Source: an uncultured Elioraea sp. (lineage in GTDB: Bacteria; Pseudomonadota; Alphaproteobacteria; Acetobacterales; Acetobacteraceae). From it: DNA of 24,000 nt. A program made the translations under genes and the position numbers. Below are positions 16,222 to 24,000 of this stretch, piece by piece. The stretch is taken from NCBI GenBank assembly GCA_938010425.1, contig CALLUO010000014.1:34241-58240 (forward strand), written 5' to 3'. Below the pieces are notes generated by a model, which saw only the letters and a program-made list of their open reading frames with translations, did no database searches and was not told the DNA's origin. Within the stretch, counting starts at the first letter, position 1, and every line of letters begins with the position of its first letter.

Positions 16222-16895
16222 CCCTGTCCCTCAAGCTGCGCAAGCAGCAGGGCTGCGGCGCGTTTCTCCGCTTCGCGCTTGGTGCTTCCCTCCGCTTCCG
16301 CAGCGCTTGGGCCAAGAGCGACCGCAACGGTGAAGCGCGGCCGGTGCGACGGCCCTTCCGTGGCCACGGTGCGATAAGCGGGAAGCGGCAGCCCCCGTGC
16401 TTGCGCCCATTCCTGCAGAGCGGTCTTCGGGTCGCGCGGGGCTTCGGCCATCCGCTCGACACGCTCAGCCCAATGCCTGCGCACGAAACGCCGCGCTGCC
16501 TCGAGACCACCGTCAAGGTAGAGCGCGCCGATCAGCGCCTCGCAGGCATCGGCCAGCACCGAATCGCGCTCCCGCACCCCGGCTGCCTCCTCTGAGGGCG
16601 GGATTGAAAGCGCAGCCCCGAGCCCGATGCCGCGCGCGACCGCGGCGAGGGTGTCGCGATCGACAAGCCGCGCCAAACGCCGCCCAAGCCCGCCTTCGCG
16701 GTCCTGCGGGAAACGCTCGATCAGCCACTCGGCAATGACAAGACCAAGGACGCGATCGCCGACGAACTCAAGCCGCTCGTTCGAGTCGAGCCCGCCCTTA
16801 CGCCCCTTGACGTGGCTGCGATGGGTGAGAGCCCGCACCAACAGGGCGGGATCTTGAAAACGATAATCCAGGGCGTCGGCGAAAGCGCGCGTCAC
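16218..16895 (-). CDS. rnc: Ribonuclease III
   Basis: ALTHRSH and NERLEFVGDRVLG (RNase III signature) plus a C-terminal dsRBD. The in-frame GTG at 16895 overlaps the lepB TGA (GTGA). The track start at 16934 would overlap lepB by 43 nt. Confidence 0.93.
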   Translation of the reverse strand: MTRAFADALDYRFQDPALLVRALTHRSHVKGRKGGLDSNERLEFVGDRVLGLVIAEWLIERFPQDREGGLGRRLARLVDRDTLAAVARGIGLGAALSIPPSEEAAGVRERDSVLADACEALIGALYLDGGLEAARRFVRRHWAERVERMAEAPRDPKTALQEWAQARGLPLPAYRTVATEGPSHRPRFTVAVALGPSAAEAEGSTKREAEKRAAALLLAQLEGQG

Positions 16896-17617
16896 CGGAT
16901 GCGGTTGAAGAAGCGGGAAAAGCGCCAGTTCCACACCTGCCAGAACGGTCCTTCGTGGCTGAAGAAGATGATCTCCGCCCGACCGATCAGGTTTTCGACC
17001 GGAATGAAGCCGACACCGCCCGGCCCGAAGTCGCGCGAGTCCGAAGAGTTGTCGCGATTGTCGCCAATGGCGAAGACGTGCCCGGCAGGGACGAGGAATT
17101 CCGGGGTGTTGTCAAAACGCTCCTGGTCGCTGAATTCGCAAATCGCGTGCCGCCGTCCGTTCGGCATGGTCTCGATGTAGCGGCGCGAGCGGATGCGCAC
17201 GCCGGTGCCGTCAGTTTCGCAAAAACCGGCCGGTTCGCGCTGCGCCGCCTCGCCGTTGATGTAGAGCACGCCACCAATCATCTGCACGCGATCGCCCGGC
17301 AGGCCGACGATGCGCTTGATATAGTCCGTGCTCTCATCGCGCGGCCAGCGGAAAACCGCGATGTCGCCGCGTTCAGGCAAAGACGCGAAGATGCGCCCCT
17401 CCCACAACCGAGGCGAGAATGGCATGGAGAAGCGTGAGTAGCCATAAGAGAATTTGGAAACAAAAAGATAGTCGCCCACGAGCAGAGTGGGCACCATCGA
17501 GGCTGAAGGGATGTTAAAGGGCTCAAAGGCGATGGTGCGGATCGCGATCGCGATCAGGCCGGCGTAGACGACGGTCTTTACCGTCTCGAGCCAACCGCTC
17601 GGTTTGCGTTTCGCCAT
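16892..17617 (-). CDS. lepB: Signal peptidase I
   Basis: From the ATG at 17617: MAKRKPSGWLETVKTVVYAGLIAIAI (TM)...IPSASMVPTL (catalytic Ser box)...YIKRIVGLPGD...GDNRDNSSDSR. The track start at 17683 would overlap acpS. Confidence 0.95.
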   Translation of the reverse strand: MAKRKPSGWLETVKTVVYAGLIAIAIRTIAFEPFNIPSASMVPTLLVGDYLFVSKFSYGYSRFSMPFSPRLWEGRIFASLPERGDIAVFRWPRDESTDYIKRIVGLPGDRVQMIGGVLYINGEAAQREPAGFCETDGTGVRIRSRRYIETMPNGRRHAICEFSDQERFDNTPEFLVPAGHVFAIGDNRDNSSDSRDFGPGGVGFIPVENLIGRAEIIFFSHEGPFWQVWNWRFSRFFNRIR

Positions 17618-17675
17618 GGCTCCGGGGGCGGGGACAAGGGTGGCCTGGTCGCCGTGCCGCTTGGGCGACGAGTTG

Positions 17676-18080
17676 TCAAGCAAGGGCGGGATCCGCGCTG
17701 ATCACCACCACCGCCTGGGCAAGGGGGGGCTCGTCGGTCATGGTCAGGCTGATGCGCGCGACCATGCCGGGCGGAGTGATGGCGGCGAGGCGAGCAGCGG
17801 CGCCGTGATGCAGGCGGAGCGTGGGCTGGCCCGAGGCAAGGTTCACCACCTCCATGTCGCGCCAGTGCACGCCCTGGCGAAGCCCGGTGCCGAGCGCCTT
17901 GGCGCAGGCCTCCTTGGCGGCGAAGCGGCGGGCGTAGGTGGCAGCACGCGCCGCCCGCCCTTCCGCCTTGGCCTGCTCGAGGGGCGTGAAGACACGGACG
18001 ATGAAGCGCTCGCCCCAGCGCGCAAGCGCCGCCTCGATGCGGCGGATGTCGCAGAGGTCGGAACCAAGGCCGATGATCAT
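17676..18080 (-). CDS. acpS: Holo-[acyl-carrier-protein] synthase
   Basis: [16 protein letters not shown]...[14 protein letters not shown]...[16 protein letters not shown] is the typical AcpS 4'-phosphopantetheinyl transferase pattern; 134 aa. Confidence 0.95.
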   Translation of the reverse strand: MIIGLGSDLCDIRRIEAALARWGERFIVRVFTPLEQAKAEGRAARAATYARRFAAKEACAKALGTGLRQGVHWRDMEVVNLASGQPTLRLHHGAAARLAAITPPGMVARISLTMTDEPPLAQAVVVISADPALA

Positions 18081-18110
18081 CGGTTAAGGATTAGCACGAC
18101 CAGGCCCGAG

Positions 18111-18150
18111 CCAAAACCGCGGCCGCGCGGAAGAGGGGGCAGACGCCCCC
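18111..18150 (-). terminator. Probable metE terminator region (two tandem GC hairpins, the second followed by UUUU)
   Basis: The minus strand after the metE TAG has GGGGGC-GUCU-GCCCCC (18150-18135). CCGCG-CGGC-CGCGG (18128-18115) follows, and then UUUUGG (18114-18109). Confidence 0.45.
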
Positions 18151-18163
18151 ACATCCACATGCG

Positions 18164-20479
18164 CTACTCCGCTGCCGGAGCGGCGAGTTCGGCGCGCAAG
18201 ATGCGCGCCGCCTCGACCATGTTGGCCATCGCTGGGCGCACCTCCGCCCAAGTCCGGGTCTTCAGCCCGCAATCTGGGTTCACCCAGAGGCGTTCGATTG
18301 GGATGCGGTTGGTGGCGCGACGCAGGAGGTTGGCCATCCGTTCCGCTGTCGGCACGATGGGCGAGTGGATGTCCCACACCCCAGGCCCAATCTCGTTCGG
18401 ATACTCGAAGTCGAGGAACGCCTGCAGAAGCTCCATGTCGCTGCGCGCCGTCTCGATCGAGATCACGTCCGCGTCCATCGCCGCGATGTCAGCGATAATG
18501 TCGTTGAACTCGGAATAACACATGTGGGTGTGGATCTGCGTCTCGTCGCGCACGCCCGAAGAGGCAAGCCGGAAGCACGCCACCGCCCAACGCAGGTAAT
18601 CGGCCCGGTCGGCCCTACGCAGTGGCAGCCCCTCGCGGAAGGCCGGCTCGTCGATCTGGATGATGGGGATCCCAGCCCGCTCGAGATCCTGCACCTCGTC
18701 ACGCAGCGCAAGCGCGATCTGGCGACAGATGATCTCGCGCGGAATGTCGGTGCGCGCGAAGGACCATTGCAGCATCGTCACAGGTCCTGTGAGCATACCC
18801 TTCATGGGACGCTTCGTAAGAGACTGGGCATAGGCCGACCAGCGCGTGGTGATCGGAGCAGGGCGGGAGACATCGGCCCAGATGATGGGCGGGGCAACAC
18901 AGCGTGACCCGTAGGACTGCACCCAGCCGTGTTTGGTGAAGGCAAAGCCAGAGAGATGCTCGGCGAAGTACTTCACCATATCGTTGCGTTCGAACTCGCC
19001 ATGCACCGGCACATCCACACCGATCTCGTCCTGCCAGCGCACTGCCTCCGCGATCATGCGTTCGATCTCGGCCTCGTAGGCCTCCTGTGTGATTTCACCC
19101 TTGGCGAAACGGGTCCGCAGAGCGCGCACCTCGGCGGTCTGGGGAAAGGAGCCGATCGAGGTGACGGGCAGGGGGGGTAGGCGCAACCGGGCAGCTTGCC
19201 GCTTCGCCCGCTCACGATAGGGGCTCGCGCGACGCTCCATCTCAGGCGTGATCGCGGCAAGCCGCGCGGCGACAGTGGGGTCGTTGAGCCTCGGGTCGCT
19301 CTTGGCTTCGGCAAGGATGGCGTCGCTTTCCGCAAGCTGGGCAGCAATCGCGCCTTCGCCCTCGTCAAGCCCGCGCGCGACCGCCGCCACCTCCTCAAGC
19401 TTCTCCACCGCGAAAGCGAGCCGGCGCTTAAGCGAGGGGTCCAGCGCATCCTCCATGGCCACACTGTGCGGCACATGCAGAAGCGAGCAGGAGGGCGCGA
19501 TCATCAATCTCTCGCCAAAGCCCGCCTCGCGCGCGCGTTGCGCAACGGCGAGGGCGGAGCGAAGGTCGGTACGCCAGACGTTCCGCCCATCGACAAGGCC
19601 CAAGGAAAGCCAGCGATTCTTCGGCCAGGCGGCGAGAACGTCGTCGAACTGATCGGGGGCGCGGACGAGATCGACGTGCAGCCCCGCAACCGGCAAGGCG
19701 CAAGCGGTGGCGAGATTGTCGCGCAGCCCTTCGAAATAGGTAGCGATCAGCAGTTTAAGCCCTGCTGCGGCTTCGGCTAGCTGGCGATAGGCGAGCGCAT
19801 AGGCCTCGTGCGCGCTGGGCGGAAGGTCGGTCACCAAAGCGGGTTCGTCGACCTGAACCCACACGGCACCCGCTCCAGCAAGGTTGCGCAGCACCTCGCC
19901 ATAGATAGGTAGTAGCGCAGGAAGCAGTGCGAGAGGATCACCGCCATCGACCCGTTTGCAAAGAAGAAGGAAAGTGATGGGCCCGAGCAGGACCGGGCGG
20001 GTCTGCACGCCTTCGGCCCGCGCCTCTGCATACGCCTCGGTCCAGCGGTCATGGGTCAGGACAAAGCGCGTTTCGGCGGACAGCCGAGGCACCAGGTAAT
20101 GGTAGTTGGTGTCGAACCACTTCGTCATCTCGAGAGCGGGGGCGGGTTCGGGCCCGAAACGGCCGGCCGGCGCACCGCGGGCAAGCGCGAAGAGCGTCGT
20201 CAGCGAGACAGGGCCGTCACCAGACCAGCCATAGCCTGCTGGTACAGCGCCAAGGCTGCAGGCCGTCTCGAGAACGTGGTCGTAGAGCGCAAACTCGCCG
20301 GAAGGGATGTGCGAGATGCCCCTTCCCCGCTGCAAGGCGCGGGCGGCGACACGCAAGGCATGCGCATCGGCGAGGAGTTCGTTCTCGCTTTTCTTGCCTG
20401 CCCAGAACGATTCCAGGGCCATTTTGAGTTCGCGCTTCGGGCCGATCCGAGGCCAGCCGAGATTGGCGGCGATGGTCAT
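18164..20479 (-). CDS. metE: Cobalamin-independent methionine synthase MetE
   Basis: From the ATG at 20479 (GAGGAG upstream): MTIAANLGWPRIGPKRELKMALESFWAGK..., 771 aa in two (beta-alpha)8 halves, with the C-terminal Zn-site motif HTHMCYSEFNDII. The 114-codon extension in the track (to 20821) is Arg-rich and corresponds to the riboswitch leader. Confidence 0.97.
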   Translation of the reverse strand: MTIAANLGWPRIGPKRELKMALESFWAGKKSENELLADAHALRVAARALQRGRGISHIPSGEFALYDHVLETACSLGAVPAGYGWSGDGPVSLTTLFALARGAPAGRFGPEPAPALEMTKWFDTNYHYLVPRLSAETRFVLTHDRWTEAYAEARAEGVQTRPVLLGPITFLLLCKRVDGGDPLALLPALLPIYGEVLRNLAGAGAVWVQVDEPALVTDLPPSAHEAYALAYRQLAEAAAGLKLLIATYFEGLRDNLATACALPVAGLHVDLVRAPDQFDDVLAAWPKNRWLSLGLVDGRNVWRTDLRSALAVAQRAREAGFGERLMIAPSCSLLHVPHSVAMEDALDPSLKRRLAFAVEKLEEVAAVARGLDEGEGAIAAQLAESDAILAEAKSDPRLNDPTVAARLAAITPEMERRASPYRERAKRQAARLRLPPLPVTSIGSFPQTAEVRALRTRFAKGEITQEAYEAEIERMIAEAVRWQDEIGVDVPVHGEFERNDMVKYFAEHLSGFAFTKHGWVQSYGSRCVAPPIIWADVSRPAPITTRWSAYAQSLTKRPMKGMLTGPVTMLQWSFARTDIPREIICRQIALALRDEVQDLERAGIPIIQIDEPAFREGLPLRRADRADYLRWAVACFRLASSGVRDETQIHTHMCYSEFNDIIADIAAMDADVISIETARSDMELLQAFLDFEYPNEIGPGVWDIHSPIVPTAERMANLLRRATNRIPIERLWVNPDCGLKTRTWAEVRPAMANMVEAARILRAELAAPAAE

Positions 20480-20549
20480 CGCAAACAGTCTCCTCATCCC
20501 GGTGCACCCAGCCCGGGCAGATGGGTTGCGCGCTCCCGGGCAAGCCCTG

Positions 20550-20817
20550 GGCTGCACGGTGCCGGCAGGTCTCCTGGCTTGCGGGTCGAGACGAAGGACT
20601 TGGCCTTCCTCCCGCTGCCGGCCCTGCCTTCCCGCGGCCTTCCCCGCAGTGGCGCGCCGCTTACACGGACGCACGGACCGGCGGCCAACCCGCCAACAGT
20701 TGCTGGGGCAGCCGCCGACTTGCCGGTCGCGTTGCGTGAGGTGGCTCTCTTGCCACCCCCGACCGTCGCGGACCGCCGCACGGCGTTCCCTCTTTCGCCC
20801 GCTCGCGCGGGACCGAC
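20550..20817 (-). promoter_or_regulatory. Cobalamin (B12) riboswitch in the metE 5' leader
   Basis: Conserved blocks read on the minus strand:
- GAAAGAGGGAAC (20796-20785)
- GCUGCCCCAGCAACUGU (20712-20696)
- CCACUGCGGGGAAGGC (20652-20637)
- the B12 box AAGCCAGGAGACCUGCCGGC (20580-20561)
They occur in the canonical order, upstream of a gene classically controlled by this riboswitch. Confidence 0.85.
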
Positions 20818-20983
20818 ACACCTTGCCACTTGGCGAAGGCTTTGCCTCAGGTCAAGCACGCGCCGTTGACGGCGCCCACCTGGCCGCCTAGCTCACCGCT
20901 TGTGCGGCGCTCTTGCCGCGCCTCGCTCAGCGTCAGCCCATCGACCCAGTCCGTAACCGAACCGACACGGGGAGCAACCGATC

Positions 20984-21595
20984 ATGGCGTTCACACTGCC
21001 GCCTCTGCCCTATGCGCACTCGGCGCTTGCCGCCTTTGGCATGTGCCAGGAGACGCTTGAGCTGCATCACGGCAAGCACCACCAAGCCTACGTCACCGCG
21101 CTCAATGGCTTCGTCGAGAAAATGCCCGAACTGCAGGGCAAGACGCTGGAGGAGATCGTGACGATGTCCTTCGGCAAGCCAGACATGGCGGGTGTGTTCA
21201 ACAACGCAGGCCAGCATTGGAACCACACCCTCTTTTGGCAGTGCATGAAGCCCGATGGCGGCGGTGCGATGCCGGAGCGGCTCGAGAAGAAAATCGTCGA
21301 GGATTTCGGCTCCATCGACGCGTTCAAAGAAGCGTTCATACAGGCCGGTGTGACCCAGTTCGGCTCCGGCTGGTGCTGGCTCGTGGTGGGTAAAGACGGC
21401 AAGCTCACCTGCACCAAGACGCCGAACGGCTCTAACCCGCTTGCTGAGGGCCAGGGCACAGCCATCCTCGGCTGCGATGTCTGGGAACACTCGTACTATC
21501 TCGACTTCCGCAACCGCCGCCCCGACTATCTAAAGAACTTCTTAGAGCGGCTGGTCAACTGGGAGTTTGTCGACAGCCTGCTAGCCAGGGCCTAA
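20984..21595 (+). CDS. sodB: Iron superoxide dismutase (Fe/Mn SOD family, Fe-type residues)
   Basis: MAFTLPPLPYAHSALAAF...LELHHGKHHQAYV...NNAGQHWNHTLFW...DVWEHSYYLDFRNRRPDY. These include the metal ligands (H, H, D, H) and the AGQ-x-x-NH pattern typical of Fe-SODs. Confidence 0.96.
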   Translation: MAFTLPPLPYAHSALAAFGMCQETLELHHGKHHQAYVTALNGFVEKMPELQGKTLEEIVTMSFGKPDMAGVFNNAGQHWNHTLFWQCMKPDGGGAMPERLEKKIVEDFGSIDAFKEAFIQAGVTQFGSGWCWLVVGKDGKLTCTKTPNGSNPLAEGQGTAILGCDVWEHSYYLDFRNRRPDYLKNFLERLVNWEFVDSLLARA

Positions 21596-21611
21596 GCGAT
21601 CGTTTCGTGTG

Positions 21612-21641
21612 CGCACGGAGGGTAGTCTCTCCCTCCGTGCG
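21612..21641. terminator. Shared hairpin between convergent sodB and pdxJ (perfect 11-bp stem, 8-nt loop)
   Basis: cgcacggaggg (21612-21622) and ccctccgtgcg (21631-21641) are perfect complements. The hairpin starts 16 nt after the sodB stop and ends 8 nt before the pdxJ stop. There is only a short T run (TT) on the plus side, so it is not a textbook intrinsic terminator. Confidence 0.55.
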
Positions 21642-21649
21642 TTGCGCGC

Positions 21650-22387
21650 TCACAGTCCGGCGCGGGCGTTGTCGATGCGTCGCCGCATCTCGCGGATCAC
21701 CGTCCCAAGACCGAGGAAGATCGCTTCACCGATCATGAAATGCCCGATCGAGACCTCCTCGATCTCGGGCAGCGCAACGATCGGCCCCACGGTGTCAAAG
21801 CCAAGCCCGTGGCCAGCATGCACGCAAAGCCCGATCGCCGCCGCATGCCGCGCGGCGGCAGCGAGTCTCTTGAGCTCCGCCTCGCGCGCCCGTCCGGTCA
21901 GATCGCAGTAGCGGCCCGTGTGCAGTTCGACCACTGGCGCACCGACGGAACGGGCGGCGTCGAGCTGCGCCGGGTCGGGTTCGACGAAAAGGGCGACCCG
22001 GATGCCACACTCGCTCAGTGCGGCGATGGCCTCTGCCACTTGCGCCTGGTTGGCGATCACATCGAGCCCGCCTTCGGTAGTACGCTCCTCCCGCCGCTCC
22101 GGCACCAAACAGGCCGAATGGGGAACGATCCGGCGCGCAATCGCGATCATCTCCCCAGTCGGCGCCATCTCGAAGTTAAGCGGCAGCGCGATCTCCTCCT
22201 TCAGCCTCGCCATGTCGTCATCGCGCACGTGGCGTCGGTCCTCGCGCAGATGCGCGGTGATCTGATCCGCCCCCGCTTCGCGCGCAATCCGCGCTGCGCG
22301 CACCGGGTCAGGGTGGTCGCCGCCGCGCGCGTTGCGAAGCGTGGCGACGTGGTCGATGTTGACGCCAAGGCGCACGCGCTTCGTCAT
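21650..22387 (-). CDS. pdxJ: Pyridoxine 5'-phosphate synthase PdxJ
   Basis: From the ATG at 22387 (GTGAGG upstream): MTKRVRLGVNIDHVATLRNARGGDHPDP...ITAHLREDRRH...VELHTG...HAGHGL. The track ORF adds 32 spurious N-terminal codons. Confidence 0.95.
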   Translation of the reverse strand: MTKRVRLGVNIDHVATLRNARGGDHPDPVRAARIAREAGADQITAHLREDRRHVRDDDMARLKEEIALPLNFEMAPTGEMIAIARRIVPHSACLVPERREERTTEGGLDVIANQAQVAEAIAALSECGIRVALFVEPDPAQLDAARSVGAPVVELHTGRYCDLTGRAREAELKRLAAAARHAAAIGLCVHAGHGLGFDTVGPIVALPEIEEVSIGHFMIGEAIFLGLGTVIREMRRRIDNARAGL

Positions 22388-22394
22388 CTGAACC

Positions 22395-22616
22395 TCACTG
22401 CGGCGTGCAGCAAGGCGATGTCCGGTTCCGTTGCACGGGCGGGCAGGGCACGGAGCCGTAGGAACAGAACACGCAGCAATCACGAGGCTTCGGCGTCAGC
22501 CGCGCCCCGCAAGCGGGGCAGTCGTATACGACAAGGCAGTGGTCCTCGGGCATGGTTTCTTCGCTGCGTTGCCCGCAGCGCGGGCAGAGAAGACTGCACT
22601 GGAGTACGATCGCCAT
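22395..22616 (-). CDS. Small cysteine-rich protein, 73 aa, GDCCVxC-domain-like (putative metal-binding)
   Basis: From the ATG at 22616 (AAGGA 7 nt upstream): MAIVLQCSLLCPRCGQRSEETMPEDHCLVVYDCPACGARLTPKPRDCCVFCSYGSVPCPPVQRNRTSPCCTPQ. It has 12 Cys. The CPxCG...E-MP-D-C...Y-C-x-CG...L-PK-x-DCCVFCSYG...CPP-Q pattern matches my recollection of the 'GDCCVxC domain-containing (seleno)protein' family. The track ORF (to 22778) overlaps the spoT 3' end and is over-extended. Confidence 0.7.
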   Translation of the reverse strand: MAIVLQCSLLCPRCGQRSEETMPEDHCLVVYDCPACGARLTPKPRDCCVFCSYGSVPCPPVQRNRTSPCCTPQ

Positions 22617-22647
22617 CGGCTGGTCCTTCGCGTCCGGCACGGGCCGA

Positions 22648-24000
22648 TCAGGCCCGGGCGCGCTCCACACTGCGAATGTGCGGGCTGGCGCGCAAGGCGG
22701 CGATGATATCGCCGAGGTGGGAGAGGTCGCGCACCTCGAGATCGACCAGCATCTCGAAAAATTCCGGGCTACGGCCAACGATCTTCAGGTTAGAGATGTT
22801 TCCCTCGCGCTTGGCGATCACGGTGGTGAGGGTGGAAAGCGCACCTGGCTGGTTGGCGGTGACGACGGCGAGCCGGCCGGTGTGCTTGGCCTCGGTGAGC
22901 GTCTCGATGTCCCAGGAGACGTCGATGAAGCGCTCGGGGGTGGCGGCAAAGCTCTCCAGGGTGGGACAGTCGGCGGTGTGGATGGTCACGCCCTTGCCGG
23001 TGGTGATGATGCCGACGATGCGATCACCGGGCAGAGGGTGGCAGCAGCCCGCGTAGTGCACGGCCATGCCCGAGACGAGGCCGCTGATCGGGACGGCGCG
23101 GCGCCCCTCCTCCCCGCGCCCGGACGGCTGCGGCCGGGCCGAGCGCGGTGTCATCACCGGCAGAAGCGGGGCGGCGCGCGGACGCGGGCGAAGCTCAGGA
23201 TGAGCGGCGAACACAACCTCGCGTGGCCCGATCGCGCCCGAGCCCACTGCGGCGTAGAGATCCTCGAGCGAGGCCTGCTTCAAAGCCTTCAGCACGCCTT
23301 CCAGCACCTTCTCCCCACCCTCTACCCCCTCCTGGCGGAAGGCCTTGACCAGCATCGCCCGTCCCTGTTCGATGCTACGCGCTTTCGCTTGCGCGTGGAT
23401 GAAGCGGCGGATACGCGCTCGTGCTTTGCCGGTGACAACGAAGCGTTCCCATTCCGGGTTTGGCGTATGCCCGCGCGCGGTGATGATCTCGACCTGATCG
23501 CCATTGGCTAGTTCAGTGCGCAGAGGCATGATCCGGCCGTTGATTTTCGCCCCCACACAGGTGTCACCCACCTCGGAGTGCACCGCATAGGCGAAATCCA
23601 CCGGTGTCGCGCCCCGCGGCAGCGTGATCAGGTCGCCCTTCGGGGTGAAGCAGAACACCTGGTCCCGGAACATTTCGAGCTTGGTGTGTTCCAGGAACTC
23701 CTCCGGCCCCGAAGCCTGTTCAAGGATCTCGAGCAGGGAGCGAAGCCAGCGATACTGGTGCGGATCGGGCGCGGGAATGGAGCCCTCGTCCTTATAATGC
23801 CAGTGCGCTGCGACGCCGTATTCGGCGATTTCGTGCATCTCTCGGGTGCGGATCTGCACCTCGATTTTCTGCCCTTCCGGCAACATCACCCCAGTGTGCA
23901 GGGAGCGATACCCGTTCGGTTTCGGAGTCGAGATGTAGTCCTTAAACCGCCCGGGCACCACGCGATAAGCGGAGTGCACAACGCCAAGGGCGCGGTAGCA
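22648..24000 (-). CDS. spoT: Bifunctional (p)ppGpp synthetase/hydrolase (RelA/SpoT homologue); the N-terminal part lies beyond the right window edge
   Basis: The frame is open to position 24000 ([36 protein letters not shown] is the synthetase motif). It continues with a TGS domain ([31 protein letters not shown]) and a C-terminal ACT domain ([20 protein letters not shown]...). The track start at 23979 is just an internal GTG. Confidence 0.95.
   Translation of the reverse strand, partial: CYRALGVVHSAYRVVPGRFKDYISTPKPNGYRSLHTGVMLPEGQKIEVQIRTREMHEIAEYGVAAHWHYKDEGSIPAPDPHQYRWLRSLLEILEQASGPEEFLEHTKLEMFRDQVFCFTPKGDLITLPRGATPVDFAYAVHSEVGDTCVGAKINGRIMPLRTELANGDQVEIITARGHTPNPEWERFVVTGKARARIRRFIHAQAKARSIEQGRAMLVKAFRQEGVEGGEKVLEGVLKALKQASLEDLYAAVGSGAIGPREVVFAAHPELRPRPRAAPLLPVMTPRSARPQPSGRGEEGRRAVPISGLVSGMAVHYAGCCHPLPGDRIVGIITTGKGVTIHTADCPTLESFAATPERFIDVSWDIETLTEAKHTGRLAVVTANQPGALSTLTTVIAKREGNISNLKIVGRSPEFFEMLVDLEVRDLSHLGDIIAALRASPHIRSVERARA

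Noticed and set aside
20480-20821. N-terminal 114 codons of the 885-aa ORF containing metE.
   Set aside because: The Arg-rich translation has no MetE similarity. The conserved MetE N-terminus with an SD begins at 20479, and the region carries cobalamin-riboswitch blocks.
20822-20983. Divergent metE/sodB promoter elements (for example TTGACC at 20855-20850 on the minus strand).
   Set aside because: There is a -35-like hexamer, but I could not find a convincing -10 at 16-18 nt spacing. This is not enough to call a promoter.
21740-23511. Plus-strand ORFs of 438 aa (21740..23056) and 319 aa (22552..23511) opposite pdxJ, the Cys-rich gene and spoT.
   Set aside because: They are antisense to three genes with clear homology, their composition is Arg-rich, and they have no recognisable motifs.
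1-24000. Whole-window search for CRISPR arrays, IS or transposase ends, integrases, toxin-antitoxin pairs, phage genes, tRNA or rRNA, or a defence or secretion island that could be the 'undescribed system'.
   Set aside because: I found no spaced direct-repeat arrays, terminal inverted repeats or matching protein motifs. Apart from 11.66-14.5 kb, the window is conserved housekeeping. Claiming a novel system would go beyond the evidence.

Overview
This is a very GC-rich chromosomal core segment. Gene content and order are typical of an alphaproteobacterium (Rhodospirillales/Acetobacteraceae-like); I cannot place it more precisely without a database search. Almost everything is on the minus strand and tightly packed.

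Gene order, left to right:
- tolB (partial), tolA, tolR, tolQ, ybgC, ruvB, ruvA, ruvC, yebC
- a YmdB-type phosphoesterase, two possible mini-ORFs, and 5-formyl-THF cyclo-ligase
- a candidate 6S RNA, zapA, and a ZauP-like coiled-coil gene
- on the plus strand: a hypothetical gene, class I fructose-bisphosphate aldolase, and thiE
- a roughly 750 bp compositionally odd, repeat-bearing, probably decayed region
- a soluble globin-coupled chemoreceptor, a NeuD-type acetyltransferase, recO, era, rnc, lepB, acpS
- metE with a cobalamin riboswitch, sodB (plus strand), pdxJ, a 73-aa cysteine-rich GDCCVxC-like mini-protein, and the 3' two-thirds of spoT/rsh running off the right edge

Many ORF-track entries are shadow ORFs typical of high-GC DNA, and several real genes are over-extended at the 5' end in the track. 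I re-derived starts from the sequence.

I found no tRNA, rRNA, CRISPR array, transposase, integrase or recognisable defence or secretion island. I cannot honestly point to a novel multi-gene system here.

The most checkable non-obvious items are:
- the cobalamin riboswitch hidden inside the 885-aa 'metE' ORF call
- a candidate 6S RNA between zapA and the cyclo-ligase
- the repeat and pseudogene patch at 11.66-12.41 kb
- two same-frame mini-ORFs split by TGA
- the orphan heme-sensor chemoreceptor
- the Cys-rich mini-protein
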